A DNA stretch of 32,000 nt from Opitutia bacterium KCR 482 (GTDB lineage Bacteria; Verrucomicrobiota; Verrucomicrobiia; Opitutales; Intestinicryptomonadaceae), in NCBI GenBank assembly GCA_029269845.2, contig CP149973.1, forward strand, positions 2,070,001 through 2,102,000, given 5' to 3'. The notes beneath the pieces are model-generated. The model was given only the letters and a program-made list of their open reading frames with translations, did no database searches and was not told where the DNA came from. The position numbers and the translations under genes are program-made. Every line of letters starts with the position of its first letter. The stretch's first letter is position 1. This document shows, piece by piece, positions 20,353-28,885 of this stretch.

Positions 20353-20979
20353 TTACTTGTTGCCGACCGCGGAGGTTTCGGCCATGTTCAGGCAGACTTC
20401 GCGGAGGTCGAAAATTATGTTGCCTATTCTCCTGATTCTCTCGCGTCCCTGCTCCGATTTCGGCTCCGGAATTTCGCCCATTTTCGCCATGATTTCGTTG
20501 AGCTTTACCGCCGACATTTTGTAGTTGCAGCGGGCGAGGAGGTCTTCGGCGAGGTCGGTCGAATTTGCGGCGAGAGCCATGAAAGTTTCGGCTTCGGTGA
20601 GGATTTTTGAAATGTCCCAGACGAGCGTCGGCGAGATTTGCGTTTCGTCCACGACCCTGCCGAAGTGCTCGCGCAGGCATTTGAGGAGGCCGCGCGTGAT
20701 GATGTAGATTGGGTGGTTGAGGAGCGTCCACGGCTCTTCGGAAAATTCGGCGTCCATCTCCTCGGACTCGTCGAGGCTTTCGCCGTACTTCGGGAGCGGC
20801 CAGCCCGCGATTGTGCAGATTTCTTCGAGGGAGCGGCCGCGCAGCCTGTTGACGGTGTAGATTCCAGCGAAGCGCGCGATTTCGGCCTCCGATTTTTTCA
20901 GATACAAAAACCAGTCTTTTTCAGTCCAGCCTTTGGGATTGAAATTGTCGGAAAAGTCGTCTGCGTAGAATTCGTCCAT
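20353..20979 (-). CDS. Acidic cytoplasmic hypothetical protein (208 aa), co-operonic with the PhoD-like gene
   Basis: ATG at 20977-20979 (MDEFYADDF...). The listed ORF start at 21018 is a TTG. Stop is 4 nt before the downstream start. No recognisable motif. Confidence 0.6.
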   Translation of the reverse strand: MDEFYADDFSDNFNPKGWTEKDWFLYLKKSEAEIARFAGIYTVNRLRGRSLEEICTIAGWPLPKYGESLDESEEMDAEFSEEPWTLLNHPIYIITRGLLKCLREHFGRVVDETQISPTLVWDISKILTEAETFMALAANSTDLAEDLLARCNYKMSAVKLNEIMAKMGEIPEPKSEQGRERIRRIGNIIFDLREVCLNMAETSAVGNK

Positions 20980-21075
20980 TGAATGTGCGATATTTTGCCA
21001 AATGCGCCGCGTTTTCAAGCTTTTTTGAGGAATTGCGGCTAATGAATTATTCGGATTTTACGATGTCGGGGTGTA

Positions 21076-21582
21076 GTGAAAATATTGTCGAAAACCGTAA
21101 AAATTGCGATGTTCGCGCCCTTCGCGTGGGTTGCGCTCGTACCGCTTACGATACTGTCGTTCACGCGGTTTTCGGCGGCGTCGCTCGACGACGCGCGGCT
21201 GTATTTGGGATTGGCGTTGATTGTAATAGGGGCGTCGTTTTGCGCGGCGGTAGGCATTCTGTTCGCGCGGTCGCCGCACTTCGGAAAATCTACGCTGTTC
21301 CGCGACTCGCCCGATCTCGTCGTTTCGGGGCCGTTTGCATACGTCCGCAACCCCATGCCGCTTGGCGTTTTCATGATAATCGCGGGCGAGGCGTTTTTGT
21401 TCGGCTCGCTGTGGGTCGGCGCGTGGGGAGTCCTGTTTTTGATTGCCGAGCATTTTTACTTGAAGCGCGTCGAAGAGCCGTCGCTTGCGGCGCGTTTCGG
21501 GCACGGCTACTTGGAGTATTACAGAAACGTTCCGCGCTGGTTTCCGCGCTCCACGCCGTGGAAGCCGTCGATTCTGCCGTAG
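21076..21582 (+). CDS. Membrane methyltransferase of the ICMT / phospholipid-methyltransferase family
   Basis: Multi-TM protein with GPFAYVRNPMPLG ... EEPSLAARFGHGYLEYYRNVPRWFP, the family C-terminal signature (RHPxY variant). Start is GTG 21076 or ATG 21109. Confidence 0.7.
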   Translation: MKILSKTVKIAMFAPFAWVALVPLTILSFTRFSAASLDDARLYLGLALIVIGASFCAAVGILFARSPHFGKSTLFRDSPDLVVSGPFAYVRNPMPLGVFMIIAGEAFLFGSLWVGAWGVLFLIAEHFYLKRVEEPSLAARFGHGYLEYYRNVPRWFPRSTPWKPSILP

Positions 21583-21593
21583 CGGCCGGCTTT

Positions 21594-21637
21594 GCGGAAA
21601 TCCGCGCTCCACGCGCGTGAAGCGCGGAATTTTCCGC
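21594..21637. other. 44-nt near-perfect palindrome just downstream of the ICMT-like gene
   Basis: GCGGAAA-TCCGCGCT-C-CACGCGCGTG-A-AGCGCGGA-at-TTTCCGC: about 19 potential bp with one 2-nt bulge. No T-run follows. Confidence 0.7.
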
Positions 21638-21653
21638 TGCGATGAAAAACATT

Positions 21654-21697
21654 GCAAAAAAATACCCCGTATCTGTTTGTGATGCGGGGTGTTTTCG
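21654..21697. terminator. Bidirectional intrinsic terminator between the ICMT-like gene and lpxD
   Basis: Stem ACCCCGTATC (21663-72) / GATGCGGGGT (21680-89), flanked by an A-run upstream (T-run on the minus strand) and TTTT downstream. Confidence 0.7.
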
Positions 21698-21776
21698 CGC
21701 TCGCGCCGATGCGTTCGGGCGTCCGCGCTTTGCCGCCTTCCCGATGCGCCCGCGCGTGGGCGGAATTTCCGCGCGG

Positions 21777-22838
21777 CTATTTGTTTGTGCCGAAAGTTTT
21801 TTTCTCGATTCCGAGATGTTTTTCGACGTCCTTGACTCTGTCGTAAAGTTCGGGGAGGTGCCCCACGAGAATTTCGATTTTGTGCGCTTTGAGGTAGGGG
21901 CGGGGAGGCGTGCCGCGCATGTACGATTTCGGGGGAATGTCGCCGTTGACGCCGCTTTGCCCGCCAATCATCGCGCCCGCGCCGATTTTCAAGTGCCCCG
22001 CGACGCCGACCTGTCCGCCGAGCACGGCGAAGTCGCCAACCGAGGTGCTTCCCGAAATTCCGACCTGCGAGACCAGCAGCGCGCCCTTGCCGATTTGCAC
22101 GTTGTGGGCAACCTGAACGAGGTTGTCGATTTTCGTTCCCGCGCCGACGAGAGTAGTTTCGAAACGCGCCCTGTCTATGCAGGTGTTTGCGCCGATTTCA
22201 GCGTCGTCTTCCACGACCACCTTGCCGACCTGCGGCACTTTGACGTGTTTGCCGTCCACGAAGACGTAGCCGTAGCCGTCCGAGCCGATAACCGCCCCGG
22301 GTTGCAGTCGCACGCGCTTGCCAAGCTCGCAGTAGTCCATGACAACCGCTGTCGGGAAGAGGAAGGAGTCTTCGCCGATTTTCGCGAATCTGCCGACGTA
22401 GTTGTTGCCCTGCAAGACCGCGCCGTCGCCGATAACCGCGCCCTCGCAAATTGAGACGTTGGGGCCTATGAACACGTTTTTGCCGATAACCGCCTTGGGG
22501 TCGATTGCGGCTGTCGGGTGGATAGCCGCCTTGGGCTTGGGCCAGAGAGCCTCCTCCACGATTTTGCAGAGCTTGGCAAGCTCTACCGACGGGTCGTCCA
22601 CGCGCACGATTGCCGCGCCTTCGGGGAGCGCGCCGTCGTAGTTGCGGGGCAGGAGAACCGCGCCCGCCTTTGTGGTGGGCACTTCGTGGGCGTATTTTTT
22701 GTTGCCGAGGAAAGTCAGGTCGGTCGGCTTCGCCTTTTCGAGGCTTGCGATTCCCGAAATTTCGGCGTCCGCATTGCCCGAAATTTCGGGGTTTGCGAAG
22801 AGCTTGACGATTTCTTTTATGGGATATTTCTGGTTCAT
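21777..22838 (-). CDS. lpxD: UDP-3-O-acylglucosamine N-acyltransferase
   Basis: 353 aa from [14 protein letters not shown] (ATG 22836-22838, ATGA overlap with the upstream stop). N-terminal LpxD domain followed by long hexapeptide (left-handed beta-helix) repeats. Confidence 0.85.
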   Translation of the reverse strand: MNQKYPIKEIVKLFANPEISGNADAEISGIASLEKAKPTDLTFLGNKKYAHEVPTTKAGAVLLPRNYDGALPEGAAIVRVDDPSVELAKLCKIVEEALWPKPKAAIHPTAAIDPKAVIGKNVFIGPNVSICEGAVIGDGAVLQGNNYVGRFAKIGEDSFLFPTAVVMDYCELGKRVRLQPGAVIGSDGYGYVFVDGKHVKVPQVGKVVVEDDAEIGANTCIDRARFETTLVGAGTKIDNLVQVAHNVQIGKGALLVSQVGISGSTSVGDFAVLGGQVGVAGHLKIGAGAMIGGQSGVNGDIPPKSYMRGTPPRPYLKAHKIEILVGHLPELYDRVKDVEKHLGIEKKTFGTNK

Positions 22839-25186
22839 TGCTTGTCGTTGATGTAGGCGACTCTCGTGTGGAGCATGTTCAGCATTGTCGCTACGATGCT
22901 GCTCTTGATTTTCGAAAGCTGTTTTACGGTAATCGGGCATTCGTCGAGCTGCCCGTCGGTCATTTTCGAGCGGATTATCGAGCTTACCTTTTCCTCGATT
23001 CCGTGCTGTGTGATGTGTTTGAGCGACCTCGACGCCGCCTCGCACGAGTCGGCAATCATGATGATTGCGTTTTCCACTGTTTGCGGCAGAGTGCCCTCGT
23101 AGCGGTACGTGCTTTCCTCGATTCCCGCGTCGCGCAGAGCCTGCAAGGGGTCTTTGATTCCGTTTGCCTTCGCCATTTCCTGCGCCTTGTAGTAGAAGTA
23201 CGACACTATCGACTTGCCGTGGTGCTGGTCAATCGCGTCTGTAATCTGCTTGGGAAGCTTTGCGATTTTCGCGATTTCCGCGCCCTCGCGAATGTGGTTT
23301 TTGATGATTAACGCGCTCATCGACGGATTCTTTTCGTCGTGGGCGTTCTTGCCGCCGCCTTGGTTTTCGGTGAAAAATTCGGGCTTCTGGATTTTCCCGA
23401 TGTCGTGGTAGAGCGAGCCTACGCGGCAGACCATCGGGTTCGCGTTGACGGCGACCGCCGCCGCCTCCGCAAGATACGAGACCATTACGCTGTGGTGGTA
23501 TGTTCCGGGGGCTTCTATTTGCAGGCGGCGGAGGAGCGGGTTGTTGAAGTCGGTGTAGTCGAGCAGCGTTATGTTCGAGTACCGGTTGAAGATTCTTTCC
23601 ACGAGCGGCAGAACCGCGAGCGCCACAAGCCCCGTCAACGCGCCGGAGCCTACCGCCAAGAGCGACTGCCTCCAAACAATCGAAATCGAAAGCCCTACGC
23701 AGTTGCCTATGACGAACGAAATCGCCGCGATGAACAGCCCGTAAATGACGCCCCCCAAAATCACCTGCGGGCGGGTCGAAGCCCCCGCGCAGAAGTAGAT
23801 TGCGACGAGCGCCGACGCCAGAAATATCGCAAAGTATATAATGCCTTCGCCGACCATCGCCGTTGTTAGAGCCGCCACCATCAACGCCATGATGAAGCCC
23901 GTGTAAGAGCCGAACAGCAGCACTTGGATAATCGGGCCGAGCATAATCGGGGCGACGTACGCGAGGATTTGCATCATGGGCGTGTTCGAGTCGAAGTACT
24001 CCGCATTGCTCATTTCAACGAGCGTGCGTTCGAGCGCGAGGTTTAGCAGAAGCAGTGTGCAGAAAATTGCAATCGTGCGCGGACGCCTGTTCTTTTGCGT
24101 CTTGCTGATTACCAAAAACAGCGCGCCCATCGTCATCAGCAGCAGGCAGAAAATGAATTCGACCGAGCTTGTTTTGAGCGTCGATGTCGTGCCGCGCTTT
24201 TGAAGCTCCGCCTTGTACGCCTTGATTTTTTCGGTGATTAGCGGCGAGGGTGTTGTGTCTGAGTCTACAAGCGTGTCGCCCGCGCGGATTTTCACGATAA
24301 CGTCGCCTACTTTGCTTCGGGCTTCGTCGCGGCGTTTTTTCGTGTTTTCCTCGTCGAATTCGACGTTCGGGCGGAGGGCTTGGTTCATCGTGCGGTAGAG
24401 CGCGTAGGCGAGCTGTTCGCTAAGCCCGAGCGTCTTCACCTTTTCGAGGAACTCCCTGCGGGCGTCGGACTCGCTCACGGCTCTGAGTTTGAACATCTCC
24501 AAGATGTTGGAATCTCCCGCGCGAAGCCCCGATGCGTTGAGTCCGCCTTGCAGGTCGAGCGGCATGCCCGCGTTCGTCGAGAAAATCGCGTCGCCGTCGG
24601 CGTAGATGCCGTCGCGCAGAATGTTTTCGAGGTGGAATGCGGTCTGGTTGAAAGTCCTCGCCATGTTTTCCGCCGAGGTGCGCTCGTAGATTGTCTTGAT
24701 GTCGTAGGGCGACACAGAAATGTTTGCGCTTTTCCTGATTTCCGCCGAGATTTCACCGAAGAATTTGCCCGACTTTTTTTCGGCTTCGTCGAGGCCGTCG
24801 AATTTTTTGCGGTTTTCGGAGAGTATCGACGTCAGCTTTTTTATGTTGTTCGATTCCGCCGCAATCGACGCCGCGTTGGTCTTGTAGTAGGGCGGGATTT
24901 TCTCCGCGTTGCGCTCGCGGTTGAGCTGCGTCTGGATTTCGCTTTTGTAGGAAAAGTCGAACGGCGAAATTACCTGCACCTGCGCCATCTTGCTTTTCGA
25001 GACCATGTGCGGAATTGTCGGCGCTTTGTTTACGAAGCAGATTCCGTAGACGAGCGCGGACATGGCAAGCACCACGCCGCAAATCGCCGCGAAGTTCAGC
25101 TTTCTGAATTTCGACTTCTTGGGGTCTTGCGAGAGGATTTTGCGCTTTGCGCGCTCCGCCCTGTAATTTTTGAAATTGTTTAGCAT
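22835..25186 (-). CDS. pgpH: 7TM-receptor HD-domain phosphohydrolase (YqfF/PgpH family; predicted cyclic-di-AMP phosphodiesterase)
   Basis: 783 aa: N-terminal TM helix, a large extracytoplasmic domain, a 7-TM block, and a C-terminal HD domain ([14 protein letters not shown]...GSLYHDIGK). Confidence 0.8.
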   Translation of the reverse strand: MLNNFKNYRAERAKRKILSQDPKKSKFRKLNFAAICGVVLAMSALVYGICFVNKAPTIPHMVSKSKMAQVQVISPFDFSYKSEIQTQLNRERNAEKIPPYYKTNAASIAAESNNIKKLTSILSENRKKFDGLDEAEKKSGKFFGEISAEIRKSANISVSPYDIKTIYERTSAENMARTFNQTAFHLENILRDGIYADGDAIFSTNAGMPLDLQGGLNASGLRAGDSNILEMFKLRAVSESDARREFLEKVKTLGLSEQLAYALYRTMNQALRPNVEFDEENTKKRRDEARSKVGDVIVKIRAGDTLVDSDTTPSPLITEKIKAYKAELQKRGTTSTLKTSSVEFIFCLLLMTMGALFLVISKTQKNRRPRTIAIFCTLLLLNLALERTLVEMSNAEYFDSNTPMMQILAYVAPIMLGPIIQVLLFGSYTGFIMALMVAALTTAMVGEGIIYFAIFLASALVAIYFCAGASTRPQVILGGVIYGLFIAAISFVIGNCVGLSISIVWRQSLLAVGSGALTGLVALAVLPLVERIFNRYSNITLLDYTDFNNPLLRRLQIEAPGTYHHSVMVSYLAEAAAVAVNANPMVCRVGSLYHDIGKIQKPEFFTENQGGGKNAHDEKNPSMSALIIKNHIREGAEIAKIAKLPKQITDAIDQHHGKSIVSYFYYKAQEMAKANGIKDPLQALRDAGIEESTYRYEGTLPQTVENAIIMIADSCEAASRSLKHITQHGIEEKVSSIIRSKMTDGQLDECPITVKQLSKIKSSIVATMLNMLHTRVAYINDKQ

Positions 25187-26130
25187 TGTTTTTTAGAGTC
25201 GTACGCCGCCACTATTTTCGTAACGAGCGGGTGTCTGATTACGTCGCCCGCGTCGAAGCGGAATATTTTTACGCCGTCCACGCCGTCGAGCGTTTCGAGC
25301 GCGTCGACAAGCCCCGATTTTTTGTTGCGGGGCAGGTCGATTTGCGTGATGTCGCCTGTAATCGCCATTTTGGAATTTTCGCCGAGCCTTGTCAAAAACA
25401 TCATCATTTGTTCGTGCGAAGTGTTTTGCGCTTCGTCGAGGATTACAAACGCGTTTGAAAGCGTGCGCCCGCGCATGTACGCAAGCGGCGCAATTTCGAC
25501 AATCTGCCGTTCGACGAGCGCGAGGGTTTCCTCCGCGCCGAGCATGTCGTTCATTGCGTCGTAGAGCGGGCGCAGGTAGGGCAGCAGCTTCTCCTGCAAA
25601 TCCCCCGGCAGGAAGCCGAGAGCCTCCCCCGCCTCGACCGCGGGGCGCGTCAGAACCACCCTTTCGACACGCTTGTCCCTCAAAAGTTTCAGGGCTGCGG
25701 CGACCGCCAAATAGGTCTTGCCCGTCCCCGCGGGGCCCACGCCGAAAACGACGTCGTTTTCGAGAACGGCTTTTAGGTAGTTTTTCTGGTTTATGTTTTT
25801 GGGGACAATGCTCTTGCGCTTTAAGTCTACGATAATCGGCTTATCGAACACGCGGATAATGTCGTCGATTTTTCCCGACGCGGCGCGGTCTAGCATGTTG
25901 CGGAAGTCGTTGTTGCCTATGCGCAGACCCTGTTTGCGGGCGGCGCACATTGTGTCGAAAAATTTTTCGGCAAGCTCCGCCTTTTTCTTGACGCCCTCGA
26001 TTGTCAGCCAGCCGTCGCGCGCGACGAGCTCCACGCCGAATTTTTCCTCCGCAAGTTCGAGGTTTTCGTATCTGTTTGCGTACAGTTCGGCGAGCTTGTG
26101 CGCCGTCTCGAATGTGAGGGTTTTCTTCAT
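25180..26130 (-). CDS. phoH: PhoH-like ATPase (YbeZ family)
   Basis: 316 aa from MKKTLTFE (ATG 26128-26130, ATGA overlap with the HIT gene stop). Walker A GPAGTGKTYLAVA; PhoH signature LTRPAVEAGEALGFLPGDLQEK. Confidence 0.9.
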   Translation of the reverse strand: MKKTLTFETAHKLAELYANRYENLELAEEKFGVELVARDGWLTIEGVKKKAELAEKFFDTMCAARKQGLRIGNNDFRNMLDRAASGKIDDIIRVFDKPIIVDLKRKSIVPKNINQKNYLKAVLENDVVFGVGPAGTGKTYLAVAAALKLLRDKRVERVVLTRPAVEAGEALGFLPGDLQEKLLPYLRPLYDAMNDMLGAEETLALVERQIVEIAPLAYMRGRTLSNAFVILDEAQNTSHEQMMMFLTRLGENSKMAITGDITQIDLPRNKKSGLVDALETLDGVDGVKIFRFDAGDVIRHPLVTKIVAAYDSKKQC

Positions 26131-26624
26131 GCGACGAATTTGATTAGCCTTTCCCAAAGCGAGTCCATTGCTTCGGGGAGGACGCGGGTGTCGGCGATGA
26201 CCGGCATGAAATTCGTGTCGCCGTCCCAGCGCGGAACAACGTGGCAGTGCAGGTGCTGCGGTATTCCCGCGCCCGCTTTCGAGCCGAGGTTGAAGCCCAC
26301 GTTGAACGCGTCGGGCTTTATCGCCTGCCGCAGGATTTTCTTTGCCTTTATGATTGCGTCGAAAAATTCGGCTTTCTCTTCGCCTTCGAGAAGCTCTATA
26401 TCGCCGACTTCCCTGAGCGGCAGAACAAGCAGGTGCCCGCAGTTGTAGGGAAACTTGTTCATTACTATGAACGAGTATTTGCCCTTCCAGAGAATGTGGT
26501 ATTTTTTGAAGTCGTCCGACTTCGCCATTTCGACAAACGGGTTGCCGCCTTTTTTGCCCGAATCGTCGCGCGGTTTGGGGGCTTCGATATACGGCATTCT
26601 CCAATATGAGTGCAGTCTTTCCAT
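26127..26624 (-). CDS. HIT-family nucleotide hydrolase/transferase
   Basis: 165 aa with N-terminal WRMPYI and the histidine triad PQHLHCHVVPRW. Confidence 0.85.
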   Translation of the reverse strand: MERLHSYWRMPYIEAPKPRDDSGKKGGNPFVEMAKSDDFKKYHILWKGKYSFIVMNKFPYNCGHLLVLPLREVGDIELLEGEEKAEFFDAIIKAKKILRQAIKPDAFNVGFNLGSKAGAGIPQHLHCHVVPRWDGDTNFMPVIADTRVLPEAMDSLWERLIKFVA

Positions 26625-26637
26625 ATTTAAGGCAGTT

Positions 26638-26666
26638 AGTTAATCAGAAGCTTTTGTGTTTGTCAA
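26638..26666 (-). promoter_or_regulatory. Putative sigma-70-type promoter of the HIT-phoH-pgpH-lpxD operon
   Basis: On the minus strand: TTGACA (26661-66), a 17-nt spacer, then TTAACT (26638-43). This would give a very short leader (ATG at 26624). Confidence 0.4.
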
Positions 26667-26703
26667 CGAATGAAAAGCGGGCATGCATGGGCGCAAAAAA
26701 CGG

Positions 26704-26740
26704 TATCGGGTGTGCCCCGATACCGTTTTTGAGGGTTTAA
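26704..26740. terminator. Bidirectional intrinsic terminator after the large PEP-CTERM gene
   Basis: 10-bp stem CGGTATCGGG (26711-20) / CCCGATACCG (26726-35), flanked by A6 and T5. Confidence 0.75.
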
Positions 26741-26746
26741 GCCTTT

Positions 26747-28615
26747 TTACTTGCGGCGGCGGTATACCGCCAAGCCGAGGGCGATTGCCCCGAAGATTGA
26801 CGCCCATTCGGCGGGTTCGGGAATCGCGGAGTTCGCGAGGTAGCCGCTTGCGTCTACGCTCCAAAGTCCGTCGAGCAACTTGCCGGCCTTATCGTAGGCT
26901 ACGAGCGTGATTTTGTCGCCCGCCGAGATTTCGAATTCGCCGCTGCTGATGAGCTCCGTCATCCAGCCGTCAACCTTGACGAGTCCGTTTTCGAAGTCGA
27001 GGAACGTGAGTGCGAAGTCCGTGCCTTTTGCGTCCGGTTGGTATGCGGCAACGTTTGCGATGTGCAGTTCCGCGCCGTTGAGGTCTATTGACAACTGCGA
27101 CTTGCGCAGGGGGCGCAGGTTCTTGATGAAATAGGCTTCGCCGCAGTCTGTGAGAACGATTTTCGCGTCGGCGTTTTCGCTGAGGTCTTTTACGCAGATG
27201 TTTGTGTTGGACGCAAGGTTCGAGGCGTGCGAAAGTTCAAGCGTGCCTTTCGATTGCGAGAACATGATTAGGGGTGCGAGGATTTTCGACGTTGCGTCAA
27301 CCACAATCTTGCCGCCCGTAAGCCCGATGAACGAGTTTGTCGAGGTGTTGATTGTGCCGCCGTTTTTGAGCGTAATCGTCTTGCCTTCGTAGATGTTGAA
27401 CGCGTATGTGCTGTTTGTCGCGGTCGTATTGATGAGGCTGCCGCCGTCTACCAAGATGCTTTTGTACGATACGCTTTCGGAGCTGTGCGCCGCGCCTTTC
27501 GTCTTGATGTCGAGCATGCCCTTTACCGTGATGTCGCCTCTGATTAACATTGTGGAGCCGTCGCCGGTAAGCGTTTTGTTTGAAAAGTCGAAGGTTGTCT
27601 TTGCGCCGCTGTCGATTGTCAGCTGCGTGTTGTCTTCCATTACGATTCTGTCGGTCGTGAAGTCGCCCTTGATTGTCAGTTCCGCAGCTTCATAGGACGA
27701 GCCGCTTTCGAAAGTCGTCGCGGTTTTCAGCACGAGGTATTGCGCGGCGAGGTCGGAGGACGCCGTAAGGGTGTTGTTTTTGCCGTAGAATCTTACCGTG
27801 CCCTGCGATGTTCCGTCTTTTGCGAGGTTCGAGCCGCCGAGGACGATGTTCGAGTTTTCATACACGCTCAGACCGTCCGACAAAAGCGAGCCGCTCGACG
27901 TGAAGTTCGAGCCGTAGACGTTGATTACGTTAGCAGACACAGTGCCCGTGTTTTCAAAGTTCGTGTCGCGGAGTGTCATGGTGTTTGCGACATTGACTTT
28001 ACCCGCAACCGTCATTTTTGAATCCCACTCCATTTTGGACGGGTCGGAAAGGTTTTTGAATCTGCCGCTTACGTCGATCGATTTAATATTTGCGGTAATG
28101 CCTTCACCGATGTAAACCGTTCTGCCGTATCTGTTTCTTATATTTGCGCCACCCGAGGCCGCGTCGGTCGTTTCCAATTTAATCTCAACTTTCGAGGACG
28201 TGAAATTCATCGTGGCTTCGTTTTGGGAATCGCTGTTTGTGAAATTCAGTCCGAGCGAGTAGCTGCTGCTAAGCCCCGTGCTTGCGCTTGTAGTGTCGTT
28301 ATAGTCTACAAGATTGTTCGTAAAGGTAAGGGTTTTGCCGTTGAGGTCGAGGTTCAGATTGCAGTGGTCGCCGCCCGTTCCGGAAATTTTGAATCTTTGA
28401 AGAGTGAAGTCTTTGTCGGCAATAACGTAGCTGTCGGTCATATCGGTAGTTGTATTGCCGCCGTTGCCGTGCCATATGACTTCGCCAGCCGTTGTGCCGC
28501 CGCCGAACGAGCCCCAAGTGGACATTGCCGTGGGGTTTTCCTTGTCGGCAGAGCCTTTTTCCGCAAACGCGGCGGTGGCTGCGAGCGCGGAGAGTAATAT
28601 TAGATACTTTTTCAT
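26747..28615 (-). CDS. Large secreted PEP-CTERM-anchored repeat protein (predicted beta-helix / autotransporter-like passenger repeats)
   Basis: Signal peptide MKKYLILLSALAATAAFA. About 550 aa of Gly/Asn/Thr/Ser-rich beta-strand repeats. C-terminus IPEPAEWASIFGAIALGLAVYRRRK. Confidence 0.85.
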   Translation of the reverse strand: MKKYLILLSALAATAAFAEKGSADKENPTAMSTWGSFGGGTTAGEVIWHGNGGNTTTDMTDSYVIADKDFTLQRFKISGTGGDHCNLNLDLNGKTLTFTNNLVDYNDTTSASTGLSSSYSLGLNFTNSDSQNEATMNFTSSKVEIKLETTDAASGGANIRNRYGRTVYIGEGITANIKSIDVSGRFKNLSDPSKMEWDSKMTVAGKVNVANTMTLRDTNFENTGTVSANVINVYGSNFTSSGSLLSDGLSVYENSNIVLGGSNLAKDGTSQGTVRFYGKNNTLTASSDLAAQYLVLKTATTFESGSSYEAAELTIKGDFTTDRIVMEDNTQLTIDSGAKTTFDFSNKTLTGDGSTMLIRGDITVKGMLDIKTKGAAHSSESVSYKSILVDGGSLINTTATNSTYAFNIYEGKTITLKNGGTINTSTNSFIGLTGGKIVVDATSKILAPLIMFSQSKGTLELSHASNLASNTNICVKDLSENADAKIVLTDCGEAYFIKNLRPLRKSQLSIDLNGAELHIANVAAYQPDAKGTDFALTFLDFENGLVKVDGWMTELISSGEFEISAGDKITLVAYDKAGKLLDGLWSVDASGYLANSAIPEPAEWASIFGAIALGLAVYRRRK

Positions 28616-28637
28616 GGTAATTCCGAGGTTTTAAGTG

Positions 28638-28655
28638 GTTAGTTTTCGAAAACTA
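28638..28655. promoter_or_regulatory. 18-bp perfect palindrome (operator-like) at the predicted start of the PEP-CTERM gene transcript
   Basis: TTAGTTTTCGAAAACTAA is identical to its reverse complement. It lies between the -10 element (28660-65) and the ATG (28615). Confidence 0.6.
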
Positions 28656-28659
28656 AGAG

Positions 28660-28689
28660 TATTATAATACAGGCATTGAATCTTTATCA
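28660..28689 (-). promoter_or_regulatory. Putative sigma-70-type promoter of the large PEP-CTERM gene
   Basis: On the minus strand: TTGATA (28684-89), an 18-nt spacer, then TATAAT (28660-65). Confidence 0.5.
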
Positions 28690-28822
28690 ACGAAAATATT
28701 TTGGTATTTTTGCGCGTTTTGGTATTCCCGAACCTCCTCCGACCGCCCATTTTACGCCTGCAAAGAGTTTGAGTCCGTTTTTTTTTCGATTTTACCGCGC
28801 TCGTTTTTCGAAATGTTTTTTG

Positions 28823-28860
28823 CAAAAAAAAGACCCCGAACGGAAATCCGTTCGGAGTCT
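28823..28860 (-). terminator. pfp intrinsic terminator
   Basis: Minus strand reads AGACTCCGAACGG-ATTT-CCGTTCGGGGTCT followed by T8 (plus-strand A-run 28824-31). Confidence 0.8.
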
Positions 28861-28885
28861 CAAAATTATTGAGTTGCCGAGTTTT

